From: Octopus sinensis
Lineage: Eukaryota
Reading direction: 5' to 3'
DNA length: 64,000 nt
Assembly (NCBI RefSeq): GCF_006345805.1
Contig: NC_043008.1
Span: 6,634,001-6,698,000 of the forward strand
This document shows positions 40,134 to 53,399 of the stretch, in pieces. The notes under the pieces were generated by a model, which made no database searches, was not told the origin of the DNA, and worked only from the letters and a program-made list of their open reading frames with translations. A program made the position numbers and the translations under genes. Numbering within the stretch: position 1 is the stretch's first letter; every line of letters begins with the position of its first letter.

Positions 40134-41272
40134 AAATAATAATAATAACAATATAGAAGATACACACAGTATGGCTATAACTCATTATATGAAGTCATAT
40201 TCCTACTGTAAATCAATGACACATTTTAAAATGAAAACAGAAACAAAATGTATTTGTGTTGTGTGCCACTCAGAACCACCTGTTATGGGAATGATTTAAC
40301 ACAGAAAGAGAGAAAGGAGAGAAACGCTAAAAGAATAAGACCAATTTTGAGTTTTTCATATTTTGTTGCTTGTCTTTAATTATTGCTGACAAGAGAGAAT
40401 CTTTGAAAGTGTTATCCAGTTTTAAATGACAATTTAATGATATTGTCAAGTAAAAGTCAATGAAACAGATCAGAGTCAGCTTCACACCATCTGTAAAACT
40501 GACTTTTTCTTTATTGTCAAGCTAACATTAAAATCCAGCAGCAGTGGCAGCAGTGGCAGCAGCAATGTTACAAAATAGCTTTCTCATATGAGGTTTATAG
40601 CAATTCATTTTTTGTCTCATTAACAGCGTTTCTCCAGTTTTTTTTTTTGGTTTTTTTCTTTGGTGCTGTTGTGTGTTTTTTGTTATCGAAGAACAGCCCT
40701 TGTTAACTCTGCTTTAGTAAGCTGACAGGATGCAAGTAGTAGCTAATTAAGGAATCATTCGATCACTATTCTAGCTGTAGCTCTGCTTCTATTATTGAAA
40801 GACATTTTGTGTAAAGAATTAGGGCATTGAACATGAGGGTTCCTTTTGCCGATAATTCATTTGAGGAGATATTGCTAATTTATCATATTGTCATATGTTT
40901 AAGCATTACTGGTATTACCGGTATGCAGTGGCCTGGGAACAAAATTTTCTTAGGGGTCGCAAACTCAGTTCCAAAATTAGGCACTACTGTAGAAGTGTGG
41001 ATCCGAGTTCTGGGAGTGTGCATGTCATAAATTTGCGCATGCGAGCCCGTTAGTCGTAAGTACTCGACTTTAGCACACAGGTAAACGAGATGCACGTTAC
41101 TTGCTGTAAATGGAGGGTGGGTTATCCATCTAATACAAGAAGAAAATTGCAGATAAATTGAATAAAAACATGAAAAATAACAAAATGATATTTCATTGAA
41201 AAGTAAACCATTCTGAAAAATAGTTCAGAATGTTTTCAAAACATTCATCTCCAGCTTTTCCCATATTTTATT

Positions 41273-41375
41273 AAGGGTTAGGGTTTAGGGTTAGGTTGAA
41301 GATTAGGGTTTAGGGTTTGTTTTTTTTTTGTTTTTATGACCGGGTCAAACGCTTTAGTTTGATCGTTTAGGGTTA
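41273..41375 (+). repeat. Degenerate TTAGGG/TTTAGGG telomere-like repeats
   Basis: AGGGTTAGGGTTTAGGGTTAGG...ATTAGGGTTTAGGGTTT...TTTAGGGTTAGG. Confidence 0.6.
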
Positions 41376-41506
41376 GGAGAGATGAATGTTTTTTTCAGTA
41401 TTCAATGATTATTTTTCACTTTTATATTCATTTTATCTACAATTTTCTTTTTGTATTACATGGTTAACCCCGCTCCATTTACAGCAAGTAGCGCGCATCC
41501 ACGTAT

Positions 41507-42157
41507 CATATGTACCTACCTATCTCTGTCTCTCTCTTATCGGTCGTATTATTCTTTGCTCCGCAGTGAAAGATTGTTTTTGTGCTGAAAATTGCGAAAA
41601 TTTGCTGTTCTTTCGCCCTTGTTTCAAGGGGGAAGCGGCGAAAAACATGAATTTGCGACCAATTTCTTCGGAGTCGGAGGAAAACGTCGAAAATTTGTTT
41701 GAAGGCGAAAATGTGGGAGGAGGAAGGTGAAAGTAGAGAGGCGTCGCACGCGCGCCTTACAAAAGCAGACGACAAGATGTCGAGCGAGGCTAAACAAGAG
41801 GAAAAGGCAAAAATATATTTTGCGAGTGCAGCAACTCGCCGCCCCTGCTAAAATATAGTTATTAACAAGGAAGATTTGAAGAAATACCAAGGTTTACTCA
41901 AAAAAGAAGGTGATAATGTGAAGTTGCTCCCTCCCAGTGAATTAATTTACGCTTCGGAGAGAAACATATTTATTATTATTTTTTAAATTATTTTATCTAG
42001 TTTCAGCTCGCGAGCTGTGGCCATGCTGGGACACCACCATATAATGTAAAAAATTTAAAAAATCGACTTTGTATCGAGGGAAGCGATAGAAAATGCTTGA
42101 GGCCGATATGGCAACAAACAAGCTACATAACGAGGGGTAGTCGCTTCGGCACTGTAA
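41507..42157 (+). repeat. First copy of duplicated LINE 5' end/ORF1 start
   Basis: Collinear with 42801-43488 (MNLRPISSESEENVENLFE vs MNLPPISPESEENVENLFE). Confidence 0.8.
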
Positions 42158-42344
42158 AGGCAGTGGCCCGGCAACAAAATTTTCTTGTGGGGTGCAAACT
42201 CAGTTCCAAAATTTGGCACTACTGTAGAAGTGTGGATCCGAGTTTTGGGAGTGTGCATGTCACAAATTTGCGCATGCGAGCGCGTTAGTCGTAAGTAGAG
42301 AAAATTGGTGAAGAAAGAACAATTAGGAAGAAAGAAGAGAATAT

Positions 42345-42645
42345 ATTTCTTTACTACCCACAAGGGGCTAAACACAGAGGGGACAAACAAAGACAGACAA
42401 AGGGATTAAGTCGATTACATCGACCCCAGTGCGTAATTGGTACTTATTTAATCGACCCCGAAAGGATGAAAGGCAAAGTCAACCTCTGAGTTCAAATTCC
42501 GCCGAGGTCGTCTTTGTTTTTCATCCTTTCGGGGTCAATTAAATAAGTACCAGTTATGCACTGGAATCGATATAATCGACTTAATACCTATGTCTGTCCT
42601 TGTTTGTCCTCTCTGTGTTTAGCCCCTTTTGGGTAGTAAAGAAAT
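42345..42645. mobile_element. Two 5'-truncated SINE A copies in inverted orientation
   Basis: Minus copy to ~42487, plus copy from ~42485. Confidence 0.75.
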
Positions 42646-42971
42646 ATATTCTTAGGAAGCTTTGTATTTATTCTATCGCCTCTTCTTCCGAACCGCCAAG
42701 TTACAGAGGCATAATCGCATCAACATTAGTTATCAAGCGATGGTGGGGTGTGACATACAGACACACAAATACATACATTCGTATGTATTTGTGTTCTTGC
42801 ATATGTACCTACCTCTCTCTCTGTCTCTCTGATCGGTCGTGTTATTCTTTGTTACGCAATGAAAGATTGTTTTTGTGCTGAAAATTGTGAAATGTTGCTG
42901 TTTTGGTCGTCGAGACCACATCTCTTCTGCTGTTGTTTCCCCCTTATTTCAAGGGGGAAGCGGCGAAAAAC

Positions 42972-43955
42972 ATGAATTTGCCACCAATTTCTCCAGAGTC
43001 GGAGGAAAACGTTGAAAATTTGTTTGAAGGCATGAAGGCGAAAATGTGGGAGGAGGAAGGTGAAAGTAGAGAGGCGTCTCACGCGCGTGTTACAAAAGCA
43101 GACGACAAGATGTCTACTTACACAACAAGAAAAATCAAAAATAAATTTTGCGAGTGCAGCAACTCGCCGCCCCTGCGAAAATATAATTATTAACAAGGAA
43201 GATTTGAAGAAATACCAAGGTTTACTAGAAAAAGGTGATAATGTGAAGTTGCTCCCTCCTAGTTTGCGCGACGGAGAGAAAGACTTTAATATACAAAACA
43301 TACTTATTATTTTATTATTATTTTATCTAGTTTCAGCTCGCGAGCTGTGGCCATGCTGGGGCACCGCCATATAATGTAAAAAAAAAAAAAAATCGACTTT
43401 GTACCGAGGGAAGCGATGGAAAAATGCTTGAGGCCGATATGGCAACAAACAAGCTACACAACGAGGGGGTAGTTGCTTCGGCACTGTAGAGGTGCGTTTC
43501 CCTAGCGAAGAAAAAGCTAGGGAACATTCAACAAGGACATTGAAGTCGGAAGAAGTAGTTCTCCTGCCGACTTAGGAAAGAGAACTTCAAAAATCACAGT
43601 CACGGATATACGACCCGAAATAGATGTGGCCTTTGTCATAGCTGCTATTCTCATAGGCAAAGAAGAAGAAATTTCAATTCATCAATCTAAGAGATACCAC
43701 CACATGAACTGGTTTGGACAAGATTTAGTGCTTGTCATCCAAGCAAACCCGTCAGACTTAGAAAAATTGCCCAGTTCCCTTACAATTGGAGAAAATACCA
43801 GCATGAAGGTGGTAGTCGAGGGGAGAAAGCCCAGATGTTACAAATGTGGCGAGAAAGGCCACATAAGGTCGAGCTGTAAGAAGAAAACAGCCAAAGAAAA
43901 CGCAGCAGAAGAGGCAAGCACGATGCCGAAGACAACGACCACACCGCTAGAAATT
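42972..43955 (+). pseudogene. L1/Tx1-like LINE ORF1 (gag-like, CCHC knuckle), disrupted
   Basis: ...FGTVEVRFPSEEKAREH.../KRTSKITVTDIRPEIDVAFVIAAIL...LPSSLTIGENTSMKVVVEGRKPRCYKCGEKGHIRSSC; CX2CX4HX4C preceded by the typical LP..L.I....V...G..P segment. Confidence 0.7.
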
Positions 43956-43959
43956 ACTT

Positions 43960-44716
43960 TGTGTAAAAAAATTATCTATTTTGTGTTTTATTTACTTTGC
44001 TAGGCAGTCGTTGTGGGATCGACTAGTCACGACTAGCTAGCGCGGATGCGTGAGCACGCGAGTGCGCGCACCGGGACCACTCTTCTTAAGTAGCACCAAT
44101 TTAGCCATTTCTCCGTAGATTGAAAAGAAGACGAACAACCTTAATCGATTTTCGAACCTTGTTGGGTTCTCATCAGAGGCGTAGTGGTTCAAACATGAAA
44201 AATAGAACTCATGTTGAGTCAGACTCAAATAATAAGTATAGATTTATTGATCGGCGAAAGTTACATAGTGACTGAAGGTTCGAGAGTTTCGTGCAGAGGC
44301 ACTTATCAAACTAATTAAATCAGTGTTTTCTATATAAAACGAAAAAGCCGGACAGTATCGGGAACAAATATGACGCATAGAAATAGAAATAGAAAGGGAA
44401 TGTTTTACAAAGAAAAGGATTGGAAAGGTTAGAAAACGGAGACAAAGTCCACCAAATGTTGAAAGCTGTGTGGGGTACCACTGAGGAAGAATAGAAGCGG
44501 GTGTCTGGCTTTACAAATTTATTTAGTAATTTCTGTTTGCAATTATTTATAGTTAAACGTTTCCTTTCAAGGTTTTTACTTTCAAACAACTTTTTCATGC
44601 CCCTTTTGGACCTAACAACCTATATGAGAAAATCGTTTTGACTGAAAGAATTTTGAAAGGGTTTTATTTTTAAACTGGGGTCAAAACGGTCGAATCCATT
44701 CAACCAATTACAACTG
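43960..44716 (-). mobile_element. Putative Penelope-like element 3' end truncating the ORF1
   Basis: Contains a canonical HHR, followed on the minus strand by AATAAA near 43990; weak GIY-YIG C-terminal resemblance upstream (KIKPF...FE...KLLN). Confidence 0.5.
44138..44180 (-). ncRNA. Canonical minimal type I hammerhead ribozyme
   Basis: GCCT-CTGATGA-GAACC CAACAA GGTTC-GAAA-ATCGAT-TA-AGGT; palindromic stem III AATCGATT. Confidence 0.8.
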
Positions 44717-44717
44717 T

Positions 44718-44915
44718 ATGGTAAGAAGCATGCTTCCCAACCACATGGTTCCGGGTTCAATCCCACTGTGTGACACCTTGGACAAGTGTCTTCTACTATA
44801 GCCTTGGGCCGACCAAAGCCTTGTGAGTGGATCTGGCAGACAGAAATTGGAAGAAGTCCATCATGCATGTGTGTGTGTGTGTATATATATGTGTGTGTAT
44901 ATATATGTGTGTGTA

Positions 44916-44968
<53 letters not shown>

Positions 44969-45200
44969 CTGTATGTATGTATATATCTATATGTGTGTGT
45001 CTGTGTGTCCCCTCCCCATCACCGCTTGACAACTGATGTTGGTGTGTTTACATCTCTGTAACTTAGCGGTTCAGCAAAAGAGACCACCAGAATAGGCACC
45101 AGGTTTAAATAATAAGTCCTGGGGTTAATCTTTTAAACCAAAATCCTCCAGATTGGTGTTCCAGCATGGTCGCAGTCAAAGACTGAAACAAAAAGAAATA
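44718..45200 (+). mobile_element. SINE family B with expanded internal (AT/GT)n
   Basis: Head GGTTCCGGGTTCAATCCC, body interrupted by microsatellite, tail GACTGAAACAAAAAGAAATAAAA. Confidence 0.8.
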
Positions 45201-46396
45201 AAATAAATAAAATTTCTCATGGCCCAAACAGACAAAATGGAACAGGCGTTGCCCCAGAGTGTGGGAGTGAGATGTATCGGGTGTAGGTAATATCTTTAAC
45301 CTTAGTAATTTAGCAATTTTTGAACGATGGAAGTGGGCAGAAGAGGAAGTGAAGTCCACTCAGACACATGTAAATGGGAGATGCTGAATTCTACAGTTTT
45401 ATTTTATATGACAATAAATGAAGAATTGCCAGGTTGATTATGCGATTCCAGTGAAGTGAAGAAAACTTCACTGCACATCTGATGACATCAAGGACAAAAG
45501 AAAGATTTGCCAGGGCAAAAATATCTTCTGTTGAAGTGTAATGATTTATTGCCAATTATTACATTCTCTCCTTACACACACACACACACATATACACGCA
45601 CATGTGTGTGTGTGTGTATTGGCAAAAGACAGACACATACCGACATGCACGCATGCACATATGTAGATACATGCTTGGCTTCTAAACAGTTTCCATGTAC
45701 CAAATACCAATCACAAGGAATGGGAAAAATCATTTGCTTATATTTAAATATCATGAAAGCTAACTTTCAACTATTTGAACCAATTCCAAGAATTAGGTAA
45801 TGATGTGAAGAATATATGAATATTCAAATGATGCAAGTTCATTGACTCTTTTCTCGGTAATTCAATACGAATGAATGGAAATATAAAAACAGTTTTATGT
45901 GATGCCCCATTAAATCTTTATTATAAACAACAACAGCAGCAACAACAACAACAGCAGAAGCAGCAGCAGCATATATGATAAACAACAGCCAGTAATTCGT
46001 TACACTTAATGTTTTGGACTTATTCTCATAATCAACAATTCCATTTCATATAATTCTTTATATTTTTGCACGAGGTTCTACTTAGTGGCACCACTCAGAA
46101 ACATACCTCAATTATGACTAAGTGTACATGAATATTAGATTTTTGTGTCTGTGTATTCATAAATTCTTTCTCCGGCGCAGTTATTTCATTGGGTCTTTGA
46201 AGATGAAAATACTGTTAATAATTATTTGCAACTAGTGACAAACATTACTCGCTAATGTTGTCACCAAAGTAAAAGTACCAGAACTTTAAGTAAAGCTACC
46301 AACAATTATAATATTTTTCAGGTAGAATAAATGTCTGCAGAGTTAGTATGTTTGGTTTCATAGCAAGAAATAGATTGGCGGTAAATCTTACAATGT

Positions 46397-46705
46397 TTAT
46401 TCTTTTTGTTCCTTCTTGAGCAATGCCTGGCTCATAAGGGCCGGTTTCCCAGCTTCCTTGGCGAATAGGTTCCCCACCTGGACAGGACGCCGGTCCATCG
46501 CAGGTGAGCTGGAAGATGCAGGAGGAAAGAGTGAGAAAAAGTTGTGGCGAAAGAGTCAGCAGAAGTTTGCTGTTACCTTCTGCCGGAGCTGCGGGAAGCT
46601 TAGGTGTTTCGCTCATAAACAGACACATTGACTGGTCTGAGATTCAAACCTGCGATCCCTCGACTGTGAGTCCGCTGCTCTAACCATTAGACTATGTGCC
46701 TCCAC
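46397..46705 (-). mobile_element. SINE with D head and alternative (V-domain-like) tail
   Basis: 13-bp TSD AATCTTACAATGT; body CTGCGATGGACCGGCGTCCTGTCCAGG. Confidence 0.75.
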
Positions 46706-46759
46706 AATCTTACAATGTGTAGATAGTCAATCTATTGTGACATATCCAGATTATGCAAC

Positions 46760-47090
46760 TGGCATTTGTGCTGGTGGCATGTGTAAAAAACATTTGAGCG
46801 AGGTTGTTGCCAGTGCCGCTGGACTGGCTCTTGTGCAGGTGACACATAAAAAGCACCATTTGAGCGTGGCCGTTGCCAGTACCGGCTGACTGACCCTCGT
46901 GCCAGTGGCACGTAAAAGCACCCCCTACACTCTCAGAGTGGTTGGCGTTAGGAAGGGCATCCAGTTGTAGAAACTCTGCCAGATCAGATTGGAGCCTAGT
47001 GTAGCCATCTGGTTTGCCAGGCCTCAGTCAAATCGTCCAACCCATGCTAGCATGGAAACCGGACGTTAAACGATGATGATGATGTTGATG
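46760..47090 (+). mobile_element. Repeat family C
   Basis: Internal subrepeats, GGAAGGGCATCCAG motif, (GAT)n tail. Confidence 0.75.
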
Positions 47091-47106
47091 AGGTGAACTG
47101 AGTTAA

Positions 47107-47329
47107 CCCTTTTGTTACCATATTTCTGTTGAGATGCTCTGTGTTACTTTCAATTAATTTAAAATAAAACAAAGAATTTAGTAAAATAACTTTGTTATCA
47201 TTCAGCTAGTGTTAGGAACATAAATTGTGACTAAGGTTTACTGGAAAATTTCAATTCAAAACTTTTGAAACACAAGACATTTGGAGTACAGAGCCAGAGG
47301 CAGTTTCAGCTGGGTTGGTATCAAAAAGG
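47107..47329 (-). mobile_element. piggyBac-type MITE
   Basis: TTAA on both sides; reverse complement of 9267-9488. Confidence 0.85.
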
Positions 47330-48431
47330 TTAAAGTGGAATTAAAGGTTCTCCTCCACTTCACAACAAAAGACATTTGAACTTTTGTTCACCAATTAGTC
47401 CAATATTCTACCAGCTTTTCTGTTTTTTTAATTCTTTTCTTTTTCCCTATTTTGTTTATTTTCCTTGTTCCTTTCTGCTTTTCCTATTTTTTATTATTTT
47501 TTCCTATTTCTACTGATTTTACTATTCTTTTCTGTTTTCCAATTCTTTACAGTTTTACCAATTTTTTCTGTATTTTGTATTCCCCACCCCATTCTTTGCT
47601 GTTTTCCTATTCTGTACTGATTATCTTATTCTTTGCTGTTTCCCATTTGTTTCTGTCTTTCTTATTTGTTTTACTGTTTTTGCTATTCTTTTCTGGTTTT
47701 TTTTTAAATTTCTTTCCTTCAACTTTACTGTTTTTCCCATTTCTTCCTCAGCTTTATGCAACAACAAAAACAACATTATCTGAACACTAGCTTAACCAAT
47801 TCCATGCATTCGGTGAAAGAACCAACATCATTTACCTATTTCTTTGTATGTCTGGATCAACCTCTTATTTTGTGTATGAAATTCTTCATCGCACTAAAAT
47901 ATCGTTCACTTCCGATTAATGAATAATTAAATGATTGAACCGATTATTGTCATATGACTTCTAAGATATGAAGAGATAATATCCCCGCCCCCATCATCCT
48001 CATCATTGCTGTTTCTCTTATTTCCTCTCTTTCCTTTGGTCTTTTCCTTCATTCCTCTTGAATTTTAAGGACATTCATAATATATATGGCGATTGTACCA
48101 TTTAGGTAAGGCTTTCACCTGCCACTGTCATTGCCAACTAAGTCATGTTTACCATTATTTATGTTATTCTTGTCTTTGATTCTTGGAGCCAATCACAACT
48201 TAGATTTATTTTGTTCTTTATGCTGAATGCTCACAGTAAAGAAGTTTCCTGTTTTATTCTTCATATTTTCTCCAAAAATTGGTTTCATGAAACTCAAGAG
48301 TTATGAATTTTGAAATTTCATTGTCAGTAAATAAATGTATATATATACATCATCAGCATTGTCACCAGTACAGCTGCCAACATTGTCGTCAAAATAATAT
48401 TGATAATAATAATAATAATAATAATAATATA

Positions 48432-48537
<106 letters not shown>

Positions 48538-48551
48538 TAATAATGATAATA

Positions 48552-49101
48552 ATGTCCTGATGCAGTACCAGGCAGTTCTCATGGTTTCTGATCTTAACTG
48601 ATTGGAAGTGTTATCCTGTACATTGTTTTGTCTTGGTATTAAAGATGGGCTACAGCAAATATTCTGCTCAATACCACAGATTTGCTTGTCAGTTGTTTGA
48701 CCTTAACCAGTTGAGCATGTCCCTTTGTGGCTGACAATATGTGCATCTCTGATCACGAGCAGAAGTAGTGGGGGAGCATCATAGCCATGTGTTGAGAGGG
48801 ATTCTTTAGAGTTTGGATAATTTATTTCAGGAAACATGGGTGTTTCATTCAACATCCTTAAACAATCCCTATTCAGGGACCTTTTGAGTGGGATGGGCTA
48901 CTCAACCAGAAGAAAATTCTAGCTGGGCCCCATCTGCAAGGTCATATGCTGTTTTTTTTTTATATGCGATTAACACGTCGTGCACATGTTGTGATGCATG
49001 TGCCTGGTGTACCCTTATCAGGCGGGTAGTCACGATGGGTATATTGGGCTTTGTATATTTTACTGCAGTGTCACTTTGATGGATGCACTGCTCTCTCACT
49101 C
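48552..49101 (+). mobile_element. Family F non-coding element in (AAT)n
   Basis: Same start (ATG(C/T)CCTGATGCAG) and end (CTCTCTCAC) as 38704-39257. Confidence 0.85.
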
Positions 49102-49124
49102 AATAATAATAATGATAAGATGGG

Positions 49125-49325
49125 CAGCAAGCCTGAAATTTGTGGGGAAAAGGCTAATCCCTTACATCGACCACTGTGCTTAACTCATTCTTATTTTTAT
49201 TAACCCCAAAAGGATGAAAGGCAAAGTTGACCTTGGTGGAATTTGAACTCAGAACAAGAAGACAGACGAAATGCTGTCGAGCATTTCACCCACTGTGCTA
49301 ATAATTCTGCCACCTCACTACCTTA
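49125..49325 (-). mobile_element. SINE family A, decayed
   Basis: AGGATGAAAGGCAAAGTTGACCTTGGTGGAATTTGAACTCAG. Confidence 0.7.
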
Positions 49326-49383
49326 GCCAGCTCACATCATTATACTACTACTACTACTACTACTAGGAATAATAATGATGATG

Positions 49384-49422
<39 letters not shown>

Positions 49423-49460
49423 TAATAATAATAATGATAATAATAATAATAATAATAATA

Positions 49461-49515
<55 letters not shown>

Positions 49516-49826
49516 TGTAAGTAGGTTTTGAATACATATATGTAGTAAGAAAAATTAAAAAATGATTTTGAAAACAATCAATGTTTATTAATTAAAATAT
49601 GTCAAAAGCAGTATGAAGTGTATTATAAGCATATTAATGAAATATGTTCTGCTACTTAAAGAAACAATCTAAATATTGACCTAATAATACTTTGGGTTCA
49701 TGAAGAGATTAATATCTTGGTTTTTAATTAATGAATGTACTTAAAAATATATAGAATTAGTCAGGTAGTTATTTTTAGTTATTATTACTTATAAGTAGAA
49801 CGTATAAAAATAGTTGAACATATATA

Positions 49827-49863
<37 letters not shown>

Positions 49864-49981
49864 CATAAGTCATATGTGTGTCTATTGTTAGTTAGATATA
49901 CTCAAATACATAAATGAAAATAACTCGCAGCTTTGCAAAAATGAACCACAAATTGAAAAGAATTAGGCTAGCTTTTAAAAT

Positions 49982-50018
<37 letters not shown>

Positions 50019-50239
50019 TTATGAATATACACAACATTGTTGTTGTTGTGGCTATACCTCAAGATTGAGGATGATGGATTTTGTTTTTGTTTTTCATTTT
50101 TTTTTGGGGTCTCTTTTTTAGTTATTGATAGATTCTCAGGTGAATAATGAATCCAATTCCTGTCCAGAAGTTCCTTTCACAAGTGGAACAAATAGTTCCA
50201 AATGGATGCACCCTTCTTGGTTGTTTTTGTCTATCTTTT

Positions 50240-50276
50240 CAGTAGATGGAAACTGAAAGAAGCCTGTCGTATATAT

Positions 50277-50312
<36 letters not shown>

Positions 50313-50535
50313 ATGAGTTTGTGTGTCTGTGTTTGTCTCCCCTCCCCACCATTGCTTGACAACCGATGCTGGTGTGTTTATGTCCCTGTAACTTAGTGGT
50401 TCAGCAAAAGAAACTGATAGAATAATTACTAGGCTTACAAAGAATAAGTCTTGGGGTCGATTTGCTCGACTAAAAAGGTGGTGCTCCAGCATGGCCACAG
50501 TCAAAATGACTGAAACAAGTAAAAGAATAAAAGAA
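50240..50535 (+). mobile_element. SINE family B, 5'-truncated
   Basis: GGAAACTGAAAGAAGCC...GACTGAAACAAGTAAAAGAATAAAAGAAT. Confidence 0.75.
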
Positions 50536-50953
50536 TAACTAAGGAAATTCTGGCCCCAATAATATGGGGTTGATATCAAAAAGGGTTTGTTTTATAAACT
50601 TTGAAAATTTATTTATTTCAACACATTACATTCCTACATCTAAAATGGCAGCTAAATATAGATATGTCACATGCCTGAACTCTACAAAGGCAAACAGAAG
50701 GGAAACAATACAAAATGAAAATATTCAAGTGAATGAACAAAAAGAAGGAGAAAATCAACTGTTTACCGAATGATTGATTGAAAAAGATATAAATATCAGA
50801 AACACATAGATTCTAAGATAGTAACAACAATGAAATATTCAGCATAAAAATTTGTTTTTCAAAGCTTAAAGAAAAACATTAAACAAAAGTTACACTTGAT
50901 GAAACCTTCAACAGGCTCAGAATATTATTCTCTTACTAAATATATCTCTTAGT

Positions 50954-51211
50954 GGAGGCATGTGGCTTAGTGGTTAGGGTATCAGCATCATGATCGTAAG
51001 ATTGTGGTTTCGATTCATGGACCGGACGACGCATTGTGTTCTTGAGCAAAACACTTCATTTCACGTTGCTCCAGTCCACTCAGCTGGCAAAAATGAGCAA
51101 CGCTGCGATGGACTGGCGTCCCGTCCAGCTGGGGAACACATATGCCATAGAAACCGGGAAACCGGGCCCATGAGCCTGGCTAGGCTTTAAAATGTTGCAT
51201 TTATTATTTAT
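50954..51211 (+). mobile_element. SINE with E-type head and V-domain-like tail
   Basis: 17-bp TSD TAAATATATCTCTTAGT; CTGCGATGGACTGGCGTCCCGTCCAG body. Confidence 0.8.
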
Positions 51212-51917
51212 TAAATATATCTCTTAGTCATATACTGTAATTTTGTCAGAGAGAATATTTCTTCACTGTAAATGATAAATGGGCGTAAACATACCAAGTC
51301 AGTTTGTAGTGTCCCTTAACCAGACTGTTGGATGCATGCATTTTGGAGTGGTTATTTCCACTTCAGCAACAGAAACTAGAAAGACAGATGTTGTGAACTG
51401 ACACTGATTACATTCCCATTACTGTACAATGACAGGTTCTCCCATTTGACAGCTCACTGTAAACAAAATACAGAGTGACAACACTAAGCAGTGAGCACTG
51501 TTACTCTGTATCTGTTAGCCATTGCATTCTCCCTCTCAAGTGAATTCGTATCAGATAAATTCCCCGATAAAATCCCCAAATTCATTGCTCAGAGATGTTG
51601 ATGGCTTCAACAGTCAATATTTTACTTGCTCTGCCAAACACCAAGACACCGAATGTGGAAGCTAGTGTTCAATGGTTTTATTTTATTCTAACCAATTTAA
51701 GGATTCTTATCTTATGGAAACTGGCCTGAAAGATGGAATGTGTTGATTAAGAAATGTATTTGGCAATGAAGTAATATCTTGAAGGCATCAAAGGTTTCTC
51801 AGGAAAAAATTTATTTGCTATTTGTTTTCCTGACTTTCAGAAAAGCATTCCCATGCTGAAATATCAGTTAATACACATTGTAGAAAAATATATTTTACTG
51901 TTTGGTAATTAGATTTC

Positions 51918-52210
51918 ATTTTATTATCGTCAGCATTTAATGTCCCTATTGTCAACATGGCAAAAGGGACATTAATCCTTTAGCATTTAAACCAGACATA
52001 TCCAGCCATTTTATTATCGTCAGCATTTACTGTCCCTTTTGTCAACATGGCAAAAGGGACATTAATCCTTTAGCATTTCAACCAGACATATCCAGCCAAA
52101 ATATCCATCTGTTTTATGCTCCAACTGGCCACAATCAACCTCTAGTACCAACCCTACAATATCATTGTAAAAATTAAGAGTTACCTCATCAAAGTTTTAA
52201 AAGCTACAAA
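51918..52210 (+). repeat. ~90-bp tandem duplication spanning the left end of a second TTAA-type MITE relic
   Basis: ATTTTATTATCGTCAGC...TTAATCCTTTAGCATTT..ACCAGACATATCCAGCC occurs twice in tandem. Confidence 0.7.
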
Positions 52211-52214
52211 ATGA

Positions 52215-52871
52215 TCTTTTCTACTCTAGGCACAAGGACCGAAATTTTGGGGGAGAGGACCAGTTGATTAGATTGCCCCAGTACGCAACTGGTACTTAAT
52301 TTATCGACTCTGAAAGGTTGAAAGGCAAAGTCAACCTCAGCGGGATTTGAACTCAGAATGTAAAAACTCGGCATATTCACATTATAATGTCTCCGTGCCG
52401 ACATGGAACCCAGATCTTTTGTAGCACCTCAAACATACTGATATTGGCAGAGATTTACTCTTTTACTTGTTTCAGTCATTTGACTGTGGCCATGGTGGAG
52501 CACTGCCTTTAGTCGAGCAATTCGATCCCAGGACTTATTCATTGTAAGCCTTGTACTTATTCTATCGGTCTCTTTTGCCGAACCGCTAAGTTACGGCGAC
52601 GTAAACACACCAGCATTGGTTATCAAGCGATGTTGGGGGGACACACACAGACACACAAACATATACACACACCCATACATACATACATAAATATATATAT
52701 ATATACGTATATAAGACGGGTTTCTTTCAGTTTCCGTCTACCAAATCCACTCACAAGGCTTTGGTCAGCCTGAGGCTATAGTAGAAGACACTAACCCAAG
52801 GTGCCACACAGTGGGACTGAACCCGGAACCATGTGGTTCATAAGAAAGCTACTTACCACACAGCCACTCCT
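52215..52871 (-). mobile_element. SINE A fragment (52215-52365) and full SINE B (52455-52871)
   Basis: Family motifs. Confidence 0.8.
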
Positions 52872-53338
52872 ATGAATTTTGATTTATGATTTATAAATTT
52901 TGATTTATGATTTAATGAATTTTGATTTATGGTTTATGATTTGTGAATTTTGAGTCCAGGAAAGCTTGTTATTACATCAGGACATTAAACCATACTTGTT
53001 TTAAAAAGTATTAAGCCATACATGCCACTCGTCTGTATTCTTTCCTAATATGGTTTGTATATTCAATACAATATCATGTATCGAAATTGTTTGTACCAAA
53101 ACCCTGTTCCTTTCTATGGTCTTTAGATGTAGGATGGTTGCCTACAATGCGTTGGGAGAAATTCCTCTTGTCTTAACTATAGAAAATATTTGTTTTAATG
53201 TCTCTAATGCTTATGACAAACTGAGATCAAAACCAGAATTGTACTGTTTTTCCTTTGTTTCTACTCTTACAGTTTATATACTTATGTCATTTATTTATTT
53301 ATCTATATATGTGTGTGTTTATTACATATACATATAAG

Positions 53339-53399
<61 letters not shown>

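Noticed and set aside
41273-41375. True telomere or chromosome fusion site
   Set aside because: Only a few degenerate units in one orientation.
43626-44003. Host zinc-knuckle gene or LTR gag
   Set aside because: The upstream part is frameshifted and interrupted, there are no LTR or pol remnants, and the motif context fits non-LTR ORF1.
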